Shown here: positions 24,501 to 37,100 of the stretch, one piece after another | Layout: each line of letters starts with the position of its first letter | Position numbering within the stretch: the stretch's first letter is position 1 | Source: Lingula anatina | Lineage: Eukaryota; Animalia; Brachiopoda | NCBI GenBank assembly: GCA_051362555.1 | Contig: CM120648.1 | Location: 6,382,587 to 6,446,586, forward strand | Reading direction: 5' to 3' | DNA: 64,000 nucleotides | Notes under the pieces: model-generated | The model's input: only the letters and a program-made list of their open reading frames with translations | Databases searched by the model: none | Told to the model about the DNA's origin: nothing | Position numbers and translations under genes: made by a program

Positions 24501-27500
24501 ATGCGGCGCGACAAGCCTTCAACAAGCGTAACAATTCTGTTTTGAGGGATATATAGTCCCATTCATCCTAAAGAGCGTGGCGGAATTGATCCAGATTATT
24601 TGTTAATTGGTTCTCCTCTGCATTGCACATTACAATTAATGCCAGAGATGCTCAGTAGGATTAATATTAGGGCTTAAAGACGGTTTTCCCATCCTCAGAG
24701 CCCTGTGTTTCTGCAACAAATCGCTTGCCAGACGAGAGCTGTGAGCAAGTTCGATGTCACAATGAAACCGGTAGCATCCCTGAAGTCACCTCTTGCAAAT
24801 GGAGTGAGATTCTGCTGAGAATGTTACAGTGAAATGCCCCAGTTACATTTTGTTCAAAAAGGAACAATGTACTTATACCATGGGCTGGGAATGTTCTCCA
24901 AATGCGGACTGAGCTAACACCTCAGGCTATATTATCCAGCACACACCCTTCCAAGAGGCATTTTTCAACATGTCTAGGGACCCTCATTTGACCATCAATG
25001 GGATACAAGAAATAACTTGATTCTGCATCAAAAGCGACTTCCTTCCAGTGATTGATGACCATGTTCAGGTGCCTGTGGGATCACTGAACGTAGCATTCTC
25101 AGCTGATATCTCACTCCATCTTCAAGAACTGATTTTGGGTTAACTCCAGACTTCATCATAGCTGCACATTAGCTCCCACCTCTCGCCTGGCAAGTGATTT
25201 GTTGTAGAAACACAATGCGCTAAGGATGGAACCATCATCTTTAAGCCCTGATATTAACCTTACTAATCAAGTTTGACATGAATTGGAGTGTGCAATGCAG
25301 AGTAGAACCAACACCATAAAAACGAGGATCAACTCCCCTAAGCTGTTTAAGAAGAATGTGACAATATCCCACAAAACAGAATAGTTACCCGTGTTGAAGG
25401 CTTGTCGTGCTGTCTACAGGAGGTAATTGTAGTATGCGGTAGATGCACACGCTAATAGGCACATGGACTTTAACGACCACACCCTAATGCTAATTGTGTG
25501 TGAATTTGGTGACATTTGATGGCGCCTTTTCAATTTAATACACATTTCTTTACATCTGCAGAAATCACAGTGAAACATTGGATTTGAGGGGGTACCTCTT
25601 ATAAATTTTCCTAAATGGTATAAAATGTGTATATTTTCACCACTATTTTGTATTTTTGAACCATTAATCATGTTAGATACGGCATCTGGAATAAAAAGCA
25701 CTATCTAGAACGATTTTAAGCTGTGAAGTTATCATTTGTAAATATTAGTACATGGAAATGGGGGTGGGAGAACCTTTTTGACCAATGTTATATATTTGAG
25801 TACATGATTTGAATTATGTGAGTGCTGACAGCAACATGGCCCAGGAGAGAGCAGCATATGTTTTGACATCGTAAGCAAGTAAGAAACTCTTGGAAGGGCT
25901 TTTATCTTGAAACTCACAGGAAAATGACCAATCTTACAGGTCAAGTTTAAAAATCAGCTTGATTGGTTCAGTTTTGATGAAGTTATGCCCATTTTGTGTA
26001 TGTAACACTAAGTGGTTTTTCCTTTTTTTAACCAATGAAGTCGCCTTCTATCATGAAGTACTACTAATAGCAGTAATGCTTATCCCATTGTGTGGTAATA
26101 TACTATAGCTATGAACTATCTTAAAAGACACATCTATAAATGTAAAGAAGTGTTAATTACGTTACAGATTAGAACTCTTTATAAACTATAGGTTTCTATT
26201 CCTAATAACTCACTATATATAGACAGAACCAATACAAATACAGACAGATTTTAAACATTAAACAATTTATATCTGCATATAACATCTTTAAAATATTCTA
26301 TTTTGTTCTAACATCCTAAAGGTATATCGCTTGGCCATAACTGATGACTTAATAATCTGTGCAATGTGGATTTTCCTTCAGTTTTATTTCAGGTAAAAAT
26401 ACATATAACATTTAACGTCTGCTGGGGGTTCATGTCCGATGTACCCATGTGAAAACTAATAAATCTGATTTTATAACATTTATAAATTTCAATATGAAAG
26501 TGGCCCTTGGTCTTTTACCCATTATCCCTCATTCTAAAAAAAAAATAATAAAAAGACCACTCAAATCGTTACAGTCACTTACTGTGTCAGTGTATCCTGT
26601 ATGGCATTGGCCAAGTGGTTCTGTCCACTTTTTCTCAGACACTTCACAAACAGCGGAAATGCCTCAGGGCCTCTGCGGGGCAAATCTGATAGCAACTGCT
26701 GCACTTTCTGGAGGCGTGTGGGATGAGACTGGAATTGACAACCAATTACATTAATTATAAGAGGCCATTCCCAATGAAACTAAGGGTCTATGTTGGTCGA
26801 TTCAACTCTGCAGAGACTTTATCTGAATGCAAACAGTTAGTAGATAAACAGGCCTCCTCCTGACGTATAGAATAGAAATAAACTGGTAATTATACAAGTA
26901 CATTGGAAACAATCGGAGGGGGGGGGGGGCTAATCTGTAACACTGATTGCATTCATCAAGAGAAGTCTGGAAAGTTGGAATAATTTATTAGCACATTGAC
27001 CCATGAAGTATATGGGAATAGGCCCTAAAAGTGAGAGAGTCTTGGGAGCCTTACAAGGCAGGTCTTTTAAGAAATACTATAACTTTCTGAATACAGTTTC
27101 TGGCTGTAAATTAAAGAAAACCTGCAAAATAAACCAATCACAGATTGAGAAGATCACAATGGGGACAGTGATCACAGTATTTAGTTATGTGCTTTAACTG
27201 ACCCACTTGTCAAGTCTAATTTATATCTTTGTTAATTAGCTCAAACAAATTCTCACATGTACCTATCCTGACGTCAAGACTACAGTTTCGAGCATTCAGT
27301 GTTGGGCTTCCCCTTTGACTGTAGCATGCTCGGTGTGTGCGTGTTTGTGTGTGCGTGTTTAGGGCTTAACATTAAGTGTTGCGTCGTTGTGTTTTGCAAC
27401 CACATCTTTACCAGCAGTTTTCCGACAGTGCAACTGGCTTCATTTTAAATATTTTTCATTTGTTGTGTTTTCCACTGTGTTTTATGGCATTGGCTACTCT

Positions 27501-28044
27501 TTGTAAACGTATACAGTAAAATTATTCAATTCTCTGTTCAACTCATTCAATTCTCTGTTCACTGTTATTCTTAAGAATTTTGAAAATTTCAAGCGCACGA
27601 CATGGTCAACATAAATGTTCACAGTTGTTGTTCATGTTGTTTACAATATTGCAGTAAAATAGTCATATATATATATTACGTTTTTGTAATCTTTTTTGTA
27701 AAACAAGCAGTGAAACTGGCATAAATTTTAATTGGAATTCTTTTTTGCATATTTGGGATATGCTCTCTCAGGAGGAATTTTTAAATCTGGTACATATACA
27801 ACAACCAAACCACTGGGCCTGGTTACAGGTACGTTCAATAGTAACCAAGTGAAAAGAGTCATGCCTGTGTGTGCGTGTGTGTGTGTGTATGTGTGTTTGT
27901 GTGTGTACGCACCATCACACTTTCCTCCATATGTTCAGTAAACAGCCCACATGCTACCAAATGCGGGAGTATTTCATCAACTAATAGGTCATTGGTCAAA
28001 TGAACACGATTTTTACGTAGCGCTTCTTTTTGTAAGGGATCCAT
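21400..28044 (-). CDS. CARD-containing initiator caspase (caspase-2/9-like), 5' part; catalytic exons not in window
   Basis: Five GT-AG exons join in frame (28044-27913, 26728-26583, 23082-22676, 22379-22300, 21585-21400; 317 aa): CARD, Pro/Gln-rich linker, then the start of the p20 subunit. Confidence 0.88.
21974..22131. mobile_element. MITE (~158 bp) in a caspase intron
   Basis: GGGGCGTCTCGATAG ... TATTGCTACGGCCCC ends; internal AAGGTTCATTGGTCCG repeats in both orientations; degenerate ~9-bp TSD (tttactttg / attactttt). Confidence 0.65.
22300..22379 (-). CDS. Caspase exon: end of linker
   Basis: DSPQTMQMFTGQLQQRVLPMNDPEDEL; phase 1/0 fits both neighbouring exons; GTAAGT donor. Confidence 0.7.
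22676..23082 (-). CDS. Caspase exon: low-complexity linker
   Basis: Phase 2/1 exon LQHSAPQTDYP...FQPPQNAPFQPPPNAPFQPHP...GFNLK with consensus splice sites. Confidence 0.8.
24120..25790. mobile_element. Tc1-derived large inverted repeat (two 5' halves facing each other)
   Basis: TA|CAGCATTGGTCAAAAAGG ... CCTTTTTGACCAATGTTA|TA. Arms ~24120-24840 and ~25078-25790 are diverged inverted copies. The centre reads HWKEVAFDAESSYFLYPIDGQMRV on the minus strand, a Tc1 W..V.FSDES...DGR.RV remnant. Confidence 0.8.
26583..26728 (-). CDS. Caspase exon: CARD C-terminal half (missed by the ORF track)
   Basis: SHPTRLQKVQQLLSDLPRRGPEAFPLFVKCLRKSGQNHLANAIQDTLTQ; ttccag acceptor, GTAAGT donor; LP.RGP.AF CARD motif. 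Confidence 0.9.
27913..28044 (-). CDS. Caspase exon: CARD N-terminal half
   Basis: MDPLQKEALRKNRVHLTNDLLVDEILPHLVACGLFTEHMEESVM; acceptor tttcag just before 28055; donor GTGCGT. Confidence 0.88.
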
Positions 28045-28201
28045 TGCATGTTGATCTGAAATATTTAAAAAAGACTTGCAATAAATGTTAACTGATTTAT
28101 CAACAATATATATGCTATAAATCAATGAAAAACTTAAACAAAAATATATAGTGAGAAAAGCAAAAAGCAAATCATTGGTTTGTACGGTTGCAAGAGGTGC
28201 C

Positions 28202-29220
28202 CTAGCTCCAATCACTTTTGATTCTCTTCAGTACAGAGAATCCACGTTCACAGTTAGCACTGGAAACAGGGATTGCCAATACTATTTCAACAAGTTTGAG
28301 AATATGCTTTAAATCATCTGCATGCGTGATGAATATTTCTTGCACAGTGGGTCTTGGATTTCTCTGCAGTCTCACTCCCAATATGGCCTTCATGCGAGAA
28401 CACTCATTGCGTATACTGGGAAAATCATACACTCCAAGATTCTGAAGAACAGGTCTGAAATGATTCACAAGATACTCTACACTGTCATTCCCATATCCTG
28501 CTAAGTTCTGGTGATCCAAAGGCCACTCCTGCATCCAACACAGCCATGGAAGGATCCTGCTCGTTTTCTAATCTGGTGATGACTTCATTTTGTACAAGAA
28601 CACAAACATCAGCAAGGTCTTGGTATCTCACAGGATTTTGCTCAATATGCTCCAGCTACACCCCCCCCCCCCCTAAACATCCCATATGCCTATGGAGGGG
28701 AATTGACCTCATCCAAAAAACTGCTGTATTGTATACCAGGGGTATGTTGCAACTCCGTAAGTAGCATGAGAGCAGTTTCATAGCTGTCCAGGAAATCAAC
28801 ACATGTACACTGTAGCTTTGCTGCACTGCATTGCAAGTGATAGATTAGATACCACTTCTAATATATCTCTAATGTGAAAGAGAAATCTCAACACTCTAAA
28901 ATCTTTCAGGTTTTTGGCCAGAAATGTTGCCCTTCCTTTCACCTCTATGGAATTGGATCCAGGTGGATATTCCACCACATGCTCAAAGTGTGTAGTAATA
29001 ACTTGGTAACTTGAAATCAGGACTTTTTGGGCCTTTAAAACATGGGGGACCCATCTGATTCCTTGCAGACAAGTTGGCTTGATAACCTTTTCTTCCATGA
29101 AGACAGCTATAGCTTGTAAGTCCCTCAGTGCCTTGGGGGAATAGTGATAATGTTTGTGTATTTTCTTCAAAATATCATTAACTGTTGCCATAAAAGCATT
29201 TTCCTTAATAACACCAAGGA
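28202..29220 (-). pseudogene. hAT transposase fragment (ZNF862-like), frameshifted
   Basis: HYHYSPK, P..LQGIRWVPH, and the hATC dimerisation motif LVEIVLAIPVSSANCERGFSVLKRIKSDW. Confidence 0.85.
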
Positions 29221-29960
29221 GTTATAACTAACAAACGAGATTTAAACGAGAGTAACAATTAAGCGTAACAGAGATAGGCATCCATTGTTTTCTGGGTTCT
29301 ATTCATTCCGACCAATGAGAGACCGTAATACGGGCTCCGCCCCCACGCGTGTAATCTCCTTCTGTTATAACTCCTTGATAGCACTGACCACTGCCAGTTC
29401 CAGACGGTGTGCAACACAATGGACCAACGTTATATACGGTCTTCCATCTTTCAATCGAGTACCCATGCTGTTGTTTGGTCCTAAGTTTACTGATGCAAGA
29501 CTCCAAGACTTCACGTATCATGCCCCAGCCCACTTTCTGGATTCCCAACCAGTTAAGAAATGCCCAAAACTGCAACTGACCACCACGTTAGCCACAAATT
29601 AAGATCAAGATTTTGGGCAGATGAATTTGTTAATCTCAAAGATCTCCTTCCCCCTGACTCTTTGGCACCAAGCAGGGAGGATAAACCTGAAAATTTCTCA
29701 ACACAAACTGAACAGAATGAGGAAGGTCAGATCACCATGATCCCCTCCCCTTCTTCCATGAAAACTGACTTAACCTCCCTTCAGTGATGACAAGTCTGGC
29801 AAATCTTTTCGGCCATTTATCTTCGAAAATTTCCTGACCATGCCACCCCCTTTTGGTATATGCCCACAGAGTAATCGCCATGTTTCCAAACAAAATTGCA
29901 AATTGGAGGGTATATGATCAGAAATTCCGACTAAAACGAGCTAGCGAAGGACTCCGTGGT
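29220..29960 (+). mobile_element. Degenerate DIRS/Ngaro gag fragment (second family member)
   Basis: TDHHVSHKLRSRFWADEFVNLKDLLP...QNEEGQITMIP aligns to LDQHVSRTLRQKIWDNEYVSLRDLLP...TDAEGNLTLIL of ORF 12535. Later WQIFSAIYLRKFP and WRVYDQKFR also match; several stops. Confidence 0.8.
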
Positions 29961-30023
29961 GTATGGACACTCTCTGGGAACCCCAAAATAAGATAATTTT
30001 CGTTCCCCCAAAATCTGTAAAAA

Positions 30024-30958
30024 CACGCTCGGCTGTCACCTTGATTGGATAGTAAACGATTGTCGTAAAATCGCTAAATGATATTAAAACCGGGTGCATA
30101 AACTTGAAAACCACCTACATCAACCTTGGACTGCCACATTAATCCAATACAATGCAAACATAAACTATAACAAGTGGTTAAAGCCTTCAAACCGAATGTC
30201 GTAAAGTCCCCATATACCTCCATAGAGACAATAAAATAGAATGAGCTTCTGAAACAAACCTGATCCAGTTCCAACAGAATAATCGAAATAAAATACTGCC
30301 GGGCATCGGAGCGGCCTAAAACTTGGCACGCTTACCGCTAATACTGCAGGCTACATCATTCCGTCGCTCGTTTGTAAATTCCGTGCATGGCATACGCACA
30401 ATCAAACCGTAAAAAACAAATTCTCGGGGTGTCGTTGGCCAGGTCCACTCTAACCTACCATTACGAAAAAGAAGCCATGCCATTGGACAATGCGACCTCT
30501 GCGGTAACCTCATTTCCTGAATTGGATTGTTGCGTGGACCTAGCCAACGACACCCCGAGAATTTGTTTTTTACGGTTTGATTGTGCGTATGCCATGCACG
30601 GAATTTACAAACGAGCGACGGGATGATGTAGCCTGCAGTATTAGCGGTAAGCGTGCCAAGTTTTAGGCCGCTCCGATGCCCGGCAGTATTTTATTTCGAT
30701 TATTCTGTTGGAACTGGATCAGGTTTGTTTCAGAAGCTCATTCTATTTTATTGTCTCTATGGAGGTATATGGGGACTTTACGACATTCGGTTTGAAGGCT
30801 TTAACCACTTGTTATAGTTTATTTTTGCATTGTATTGGATTAATGTGGTAGTCCAAGGTTGTTGTAGGTGGTTTTCAAGTTTATGCACCCGGTTTTAATA
30901 TCATTTAGCGATTTTACGACAATCGTTTACTATCCAATCAAGGTGACAGCCGAGCGTG
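30024..30958. mobile_element. Foldback (long-TIR) non-autonomous DNA transposon, 935 bp
   Basis: Arms 30024-30448 and 30534-30958 (425 bp each, about five mismatches seen) flank an 85-bp spacer. Ends are CACGCTCGG...CCGAGCGTG. 8-bp TSD TGTAAAAA at 30016-30023 and 30959-30966. Confidence 0.92.
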
Positions 30959-31991
30959 TGTAAAAACTACAACAAAGGGCATAAGGAAAGTGTTCCTTTA
31001 CCGAATGTCAGTCAGGATGGCACCTATTTAATTTTCACACGTTAACAAAATTACTTCCAAGCGGCACTTGTGAGACAGAATTAGGGGGTGCAACCTGATT
31101 GGACAGTGCCATTTGGTCTCTGTAAGACCAGCCAATCAGAGGCATATGAAGTCAGTAACTCAGGAGTGAGTGAGGGCTCTCCGCTCACATCTCTAGAAAA
31201 AAAATCACAACGTTCAGTAGTGCATCTTGGAAAAGTTATTCAAACCCAACCCTATCCCCCCTAATAACTTTTCTCTTAGCTTTTCGCTCTCAACGTAGGC
31301 CTACTTTAGAACGTGATCTTCTTTACGAAAGTCACCTTGTGGCCCCTTGTGGCCCATTTTTTCCTCCAACTTTGCTGAAACTTAAGATTATATCTTAAAA
31401 TGATTTACCATACATGAATATCATTCATATTATAATATTTAACTATATGTAATTTGAATTAGTAGTTTGTGTATTGATCAAAGTGCAAATGTCAATAAAA
31501 TAAATATTTTTTAGAAAAACATTGTTTCTATTGAGTCTGTTTTTTCAGTGCTTAATATTTTATGAACTTAATTTTGTTCGGCAATCTGTTTTCTTTAAAG
31601 TCAAAAATATCCATCTCTTTTATTAATACGTAGGCTAATCTTCATGCGTGATGGTGATCTTTAGCACACAATTAAGACCTCGTGTTAAAATGTTGTCCCA
31701 TTGTCCGGATCCGGCACGAAGGTCGCTGGCAGGTGGTCTGTAACCCTTTATTATCATCCAGATACCGAGAATGAGTTTTTTATAATTATTCAACATCTGT
31801 TTTTGGGCTGATTTAAAACACCGAAAAAAAACCTCGGCCTCGGCGTGATCACGTGGCTCGTTGACGACAATAGTGCCACCAGAGGAGAGAGCCAAGCAGC
31901 GTGTTTAGCTGTCAAACTGAGCTGCATCGTCTGCCTGTAAGATGACTTTTCTGACTTCTGATAGAAGTTCATACTCATTCAAACCTCTTAC

Positions 31992-32019
31992 CCGAGTGTC
32001 TAAATCCTTCTGAAGCCAT
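31992..32019 (-). CDS. Candidate first coding exon of the caspase (MASEGFRHS)
   Basis: ATG...TCG G|GTAAGA donor in phase 1 joins G|AT CAA CAT GCA ATG at the 28055 acceptor. A similar phase-1 candidate (MSSIITAALVE) lies at ~33393-33427. Confidence 0.35.
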
Positions 32020-32165
32020 GTAAAGCCATTTTCCCGTCTATTCAATTCTATAAGTAGCGTTTATTATGGTAATCCTAACTAGTATAAAATAGTGAATTCG
32101 AATGAATTTAGGGTACTTTTGATCATTCGATATGAGGTCCATGTTATTTGTGAAATTCAGTTCAA

Positions 32166-32204
32166 TTTATTAAACCCTTGCGCCCTACGGCTCATCAGAA
32201 TAAA
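32166..32204 (-). ncRNA. Degenerate minimal type-I hammerhead ribozyme-like motif
   Basis: TTTATT-CTGATGA-GCC-GTAG-GGC-GCAA-GGGTTT-AATAAA. Stems I and II pair, but the GAAA core reads GCAA and stem III is lost. Confidence 0.4.
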
Positions 32205-34425
32205 ATGCAATGAAAATGTGAACTCATAAGACAACAACAATACCACTAATAGTAGTAATGATACAATTTCATCAGACTGACGTGTCTCCAGTTCATTCCG
32301 TGCTCAAATCACCCAATCAAAATTTTTGTTAAGTAGATCTTTATAGCACGCTGTTATAATACAGTTTTTTCGAGGAGCGGATTTAAATCAATATTTAAAT
32401 AATCGTATCTTTAAACTTAAAAGGAGCGGTATATCCCGGTTTCATAACATACTAAGTTATGTACAATGAACTAAGTTATCACTAGGGTTCCTTTTTACAC
32501 CCAATATTCTTTTTAAAAATCCGTATGTGCCTTTCTTATTTCCCGAACCATGTTAAATCTCCATGCATAATTTAAAATATACTTACGTACAGGTACATGT
32601 ACGTATCAAATACTGCTTTAGTAAACACATTAAAGTTATGATTTTCTTAACATTTTACTAATAGTACACAATGCTTTTTTAACCTTGTTCTGCTAAATGT
32701 TTTGGGGTTTGACAAAACTTACAAATTTGCAAAAAGTTTTGCGTACAGACGCAGAAATTGCGTTTCAAATTGTAAAATTATAATTTTTTAAAGTATTTAA
32801 TATTTCAGTTGAAATACCCTTCAGAAGCAAATTCTCAAAGCACACAACCCTTAATGTCGTTAAACGAATTAGGAATACGAACCATTTTATTACAGCAGTT
32901 CCCATTCTTTTTCTTTAACATTTCCGCTCTTTTTCGAGTTTTTCCTCAGGCACGTTTTCTTCCACGGAGGTAATGCCTGGGCATACGCATGCCTCAGGAT
33001 ACCCTGAGATCAATCAGTCATTAATGTTCGCGACCCTGTTTGAACTCACTTGTTTAAATATCGATATTTATTCCTCTTCAAAATAAGTGGAAAATTAAAT
33101 GAAAAGATACATTTTTTGCTATGTATAATTACTTCAGGGACATAGTGGCGATATGGAGTGACCCAGACGACCCATTGTGAGTACGTCGAGCGCGAACTGC
33201 GTGTAGGCACGTATAGAGCTCAGTTGGAAATGACGTGATTATTTAAGGTGGCTGGAATATAGCGCCGCTAAGGGCTAGAAATGAATATAACAATAAATTG
33301 CTACGCGAAAGAAATAAGACGAAAGACGGAGAACAGAAAGGAAGATGACGGGGAGAGGGAGGGTGAGCGAAATAAAACGTATGACTTACCTACCCTCTAC
33401 TAGGGCCGCAGTTATTATTGAGGACATTTTTTGCTGAATCGAGAGCCAAAATGACTGTCTATTTATCTATAGACATATCTGTGAATATCTGTGGAAAATC
33501 AATATGTCGCCTTCGAAGATGGTATGACTTACCGATCTGCTTTTTTAGACGTACACGAAAGTTGTTTACGGATTGTCTATCTGAAGTTGATCGTTCTTGT
33601 CGGAGGCTGGGTACGATATGACCGTCTCTGCTAAGATTACATTTGTATCAAACGTCATTAAAAATACTAATAACACCCCATGAAATAAAAGAGATATATT
33701 GAAAAAATATTAAAGCCCAAAAATATGACAAAAAGCCCCCATTTCTATTTATAGCGTATAATGCGCAGTGTGTTCGAGCAATCAAATAAGTTGAGTATCA
33801 GGCACGTGACGATTCATCTACCATGTTGATAATGATATAAATAAATTACTGTTCCCGGTTTATAAATTAACCCTCACGTGTAGAAGCAACTAACCCGCCT
33901 TAACTAGAGAACAGACACAGGAAAAGCCCCATTTCAATTTATAGCTAGCTAACTTAATGCGCAGTGTGTGCAAACAATCAAATCGAGCAGTGTCATTTGA
34001 TGATATATCATAATCATCGTGTTGATTAGACTGAAAACGCACTTCTCTTCAGATAAACTAGAATTGACATAAAGCGCCCGAGCTCTCAGCTTGTGTGTCT
34101 TCCTCTGGGATTAAAAATAAAACTAATATGGTACACTTGATGTACTACAGGCCTTAACGAGAAAGGCACGCGAGGTCAAAATTGCGTGCTAAAGATTAAC
34201 GAAGATTGCGAAAAAAAAAAAAAAAAAAGACAAATATTCGTTAAAGTATATACACATATGTCTCGCGTATAGATAGTGATCCTTTTAAAATAGTGTCTGT
34301 AATATAGGCAGAGCGTGTTGGAATTTTGTTCCACCGTCGGGCATGCAGGTCGCTGGAAGGTGCTTCTGTTCTTAACTCTGCTGCGAAGAGGCGATATAAA
34401 GTCGTAAAAATAACAACAATACAAC

Positions 34426-36424
34426 TAGTAGTAATGATAAAATTAGGGGGGAAAATGGCCAAAGCGTGACACGTCGGATAAAAGCACCAAATTTTGCATG
34501 TGGGTACCTTTTGACATACTAAATAAAATTAGAGCCGTAGCCCAGGAAAAAATTACTGTTTGGCCAAAAAAATCCAAAATGGCCGCCAATTGTGAAATTC
34601 TGTAGAAATATATACATTCCTATGTTGATTTTTATCAAATAAAGTATTTTCCCAATGTTTTCCACATCCCTATTACCCATATTATGCATATATGTCAGAT
34701 AACAAACAAGTGTCCCTGGACTTTTTGAAAAATCAAAGATGGCCGCCGTATGGCATAGAAATACATGAGCATGTACAAGGATTTTCAACTAATGCCAACT
34801 AGGAAGATGCATTGCCAACTATCTAATTATTTTTTGTTTCTGAGTGCCTTATTACACAAATAATACATTTGTGGTGAGTAACTATCTTTTATTCTCAGGC
34901 ATTTCGAGAGAAATCCAAGATGGCCACCGTATCAAAGGAATACTAGTATACACATAGGGCTTCTTCTGCCATGGAGATATAATATTAATTGATAAATTAG
35001 GTTTGTTTCTGAGTATTTTCCACATCTTTTTAATCCACAAAATATATATGTGATGAGAATGTTATGTGTGTCCTTTTTGAAAACAAAACAAAACAAAATA
35101 TGGCTTCCATTAGCCACAGAATGTGTGGTTTCAGTTAATACCTGCAAGAGATAGGTTTCCATAAAAAATGAAGCTAAATTCAGTTTTTTTATTATCCCAT
35201 GATACATATCCGTTAGGTAATTAATGTCCATATTTGATCATTTTTATCAAAATACTTAAGGGTACACACTTGTTACCCACCAAATAGATATCTCAAAGTC
35301 CAAAAAGAATGTGGGAAATATCGAAAAACAAAATTCATTTTATATTAAACCCAATGTCTCTCTGGCACTAGTTGACTGTACTATTCCTATTGTGAATTGC
35401 AGCAATCTTGAATTTTCTCTAATACGCAATTGCAAGATGTACATTTGCTACACACCAGATTTATATAGAGTAAAGTTAATAAGGATGTCAACATGTTTGA
35501 ACATCAAACGGCTTTATTTCATGTTGGAAACAATGTCTGAACTGTACCATTAATTGACACCTCTGTGCATTTAAATGATATATTCCTATGACCACTGGCA
35601 GCTATATTGGGTTTTCTCCAAATAGTACTCAAGGATATATACACTTTCTACACACACAGATCTTTCATCAGGATAAATAGGATATGAAAAACATTTAAAA
35701 ACGATCTAAAGTTAACTACATTTAAATTGTACTCAGTGTATCTCTGGCATTATTAAATTACGTGTACAAATATTCTAATGACATCTTGAATTTTTTTTTT
35801 ACATTTTTTATAACATCATATTTTTAAAATAAACCCAAGGTAATGTAATTGTATAATGAAGTTATGCCTCTCTATCAGCAATTGACCTGGCATTAGTTCT
35901 AATCCTTTGTAATACTAGAAGTATTCCTATGACATATGGTGGCCATCTTGGATTTTCTCAAAATGCCCAATAATACATGTTTGTTACGCACCACATACAT
36001 ATTGTGTGGGTAACAAAAATCTGAGAAACAGACTTAATTTAATAGTGGACAACGTATCTTTTTAGCAGGTATTAGTTGTGCACTAGTATTCCTATGGCTG
36101 TTTCTATGGCATATGACAGCCATCTTGGATTAAAAAAAATCAAGGGAACTTGTTTGCTATCTGACATATATGAATAAAATGGGTAATAAAGGTGTGGAAA
36201 ATTCCGAGAAAAGAACTTATTTGATAAAAATCAACATAGGCATGTACATATTTCTATAGAATTCCATAAATTGGCGGCCATTTTGGAATTTTTTTAACCA
36301 AACGGTAAACTGTTTGAGAGGGCTACGGCTCTTATTTGATTTAAAATGTCAAAAGGTAAAAACATGCCAACTTCGGTGCTTTTATCCGCCGTGTCACGAT
36401 TTTCTTCCTTAAGCCACCGGACTA
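34426..36424. mobile_element. Old non-autonomous long-TIR DNA transposon (Academ-like)
   Basis: Imperfect TIRs over 300 bp (CGTGACACG.CGGATAAAAGCACC... / ...GGTGCTTTTATCCGCCGTGTCACG), TAG...CTA ends, and repeated CAAAATGGCCGCC/CAAGATGGC motifs. The superfamily assignment is inference. Confidence 0.7.
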
Positions 36425-36792
36425 ATACGCATGCTTCAAGATACGCGATTCAAGATACGCAGCAATCAAAGTCGTTGAGTATCAGGCACGTGATGATTCA
36501 TCATAATCACCGTGTTGATACTGATATAAATAAATTACTGATCCCGGTTTATCAATTAACCCTCATGTGTGGAAGCGACTAACCTGTCTTAACTAGAGAA
36601 CAGACTCAGAAAAAGCCCCATTTTTATTTATAGCTAGCTAGTGTGTGCAAACAATCAAAATCGAGCAGTGTCATTTGATGATTCATCATAATCACCGTGT
36701 TGATAGTGATATAAATTAATTAGACTGAAAACGCACATCTATTCAGTGCTTGATATTTTATAAACTAAATTCTGTTCGACAATCCGTCTTCT

Positions 36793-37100
36793 TTAAAGTG
36801 GTGTCTGCATGCAATGTCACTGGCAGAAAGCGTGTAAAATGTCCCACCGTCCGGCACAAAGGTCGCTGGCAGATGCGCTGTAAAGCTTTATTATCATCAA
36901 GATACCGAGAATGAATTTCTTTCTGCATCTTAATACTCAATAATGCATCTATCTTTGTGTTGATTCAAAACAGTGAAAAAACAGTGAAAATATACAGCCC
37001 CAGAAATGCACTGCATGACGTCACGCTTAGCCCACTGCGCATGCGTGCACTTTTAATGAGTTGCTAGACTGCCATAGGAAAATGAATGGGTTCGCGATTC
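36793..37100 (+). mobile_element. Dispersed DNA-transposon terminus (possibly Kolobok-like); related copies at 31660-31830 and 34285-34390
   Basis: Shared CCAC/TTGTCCGGCAC.AAGGTCGCTGGCAG...TTATTATCATC.AGATACCGAGAATGA; this copy begins after TTAA. Confidence 0.45.
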
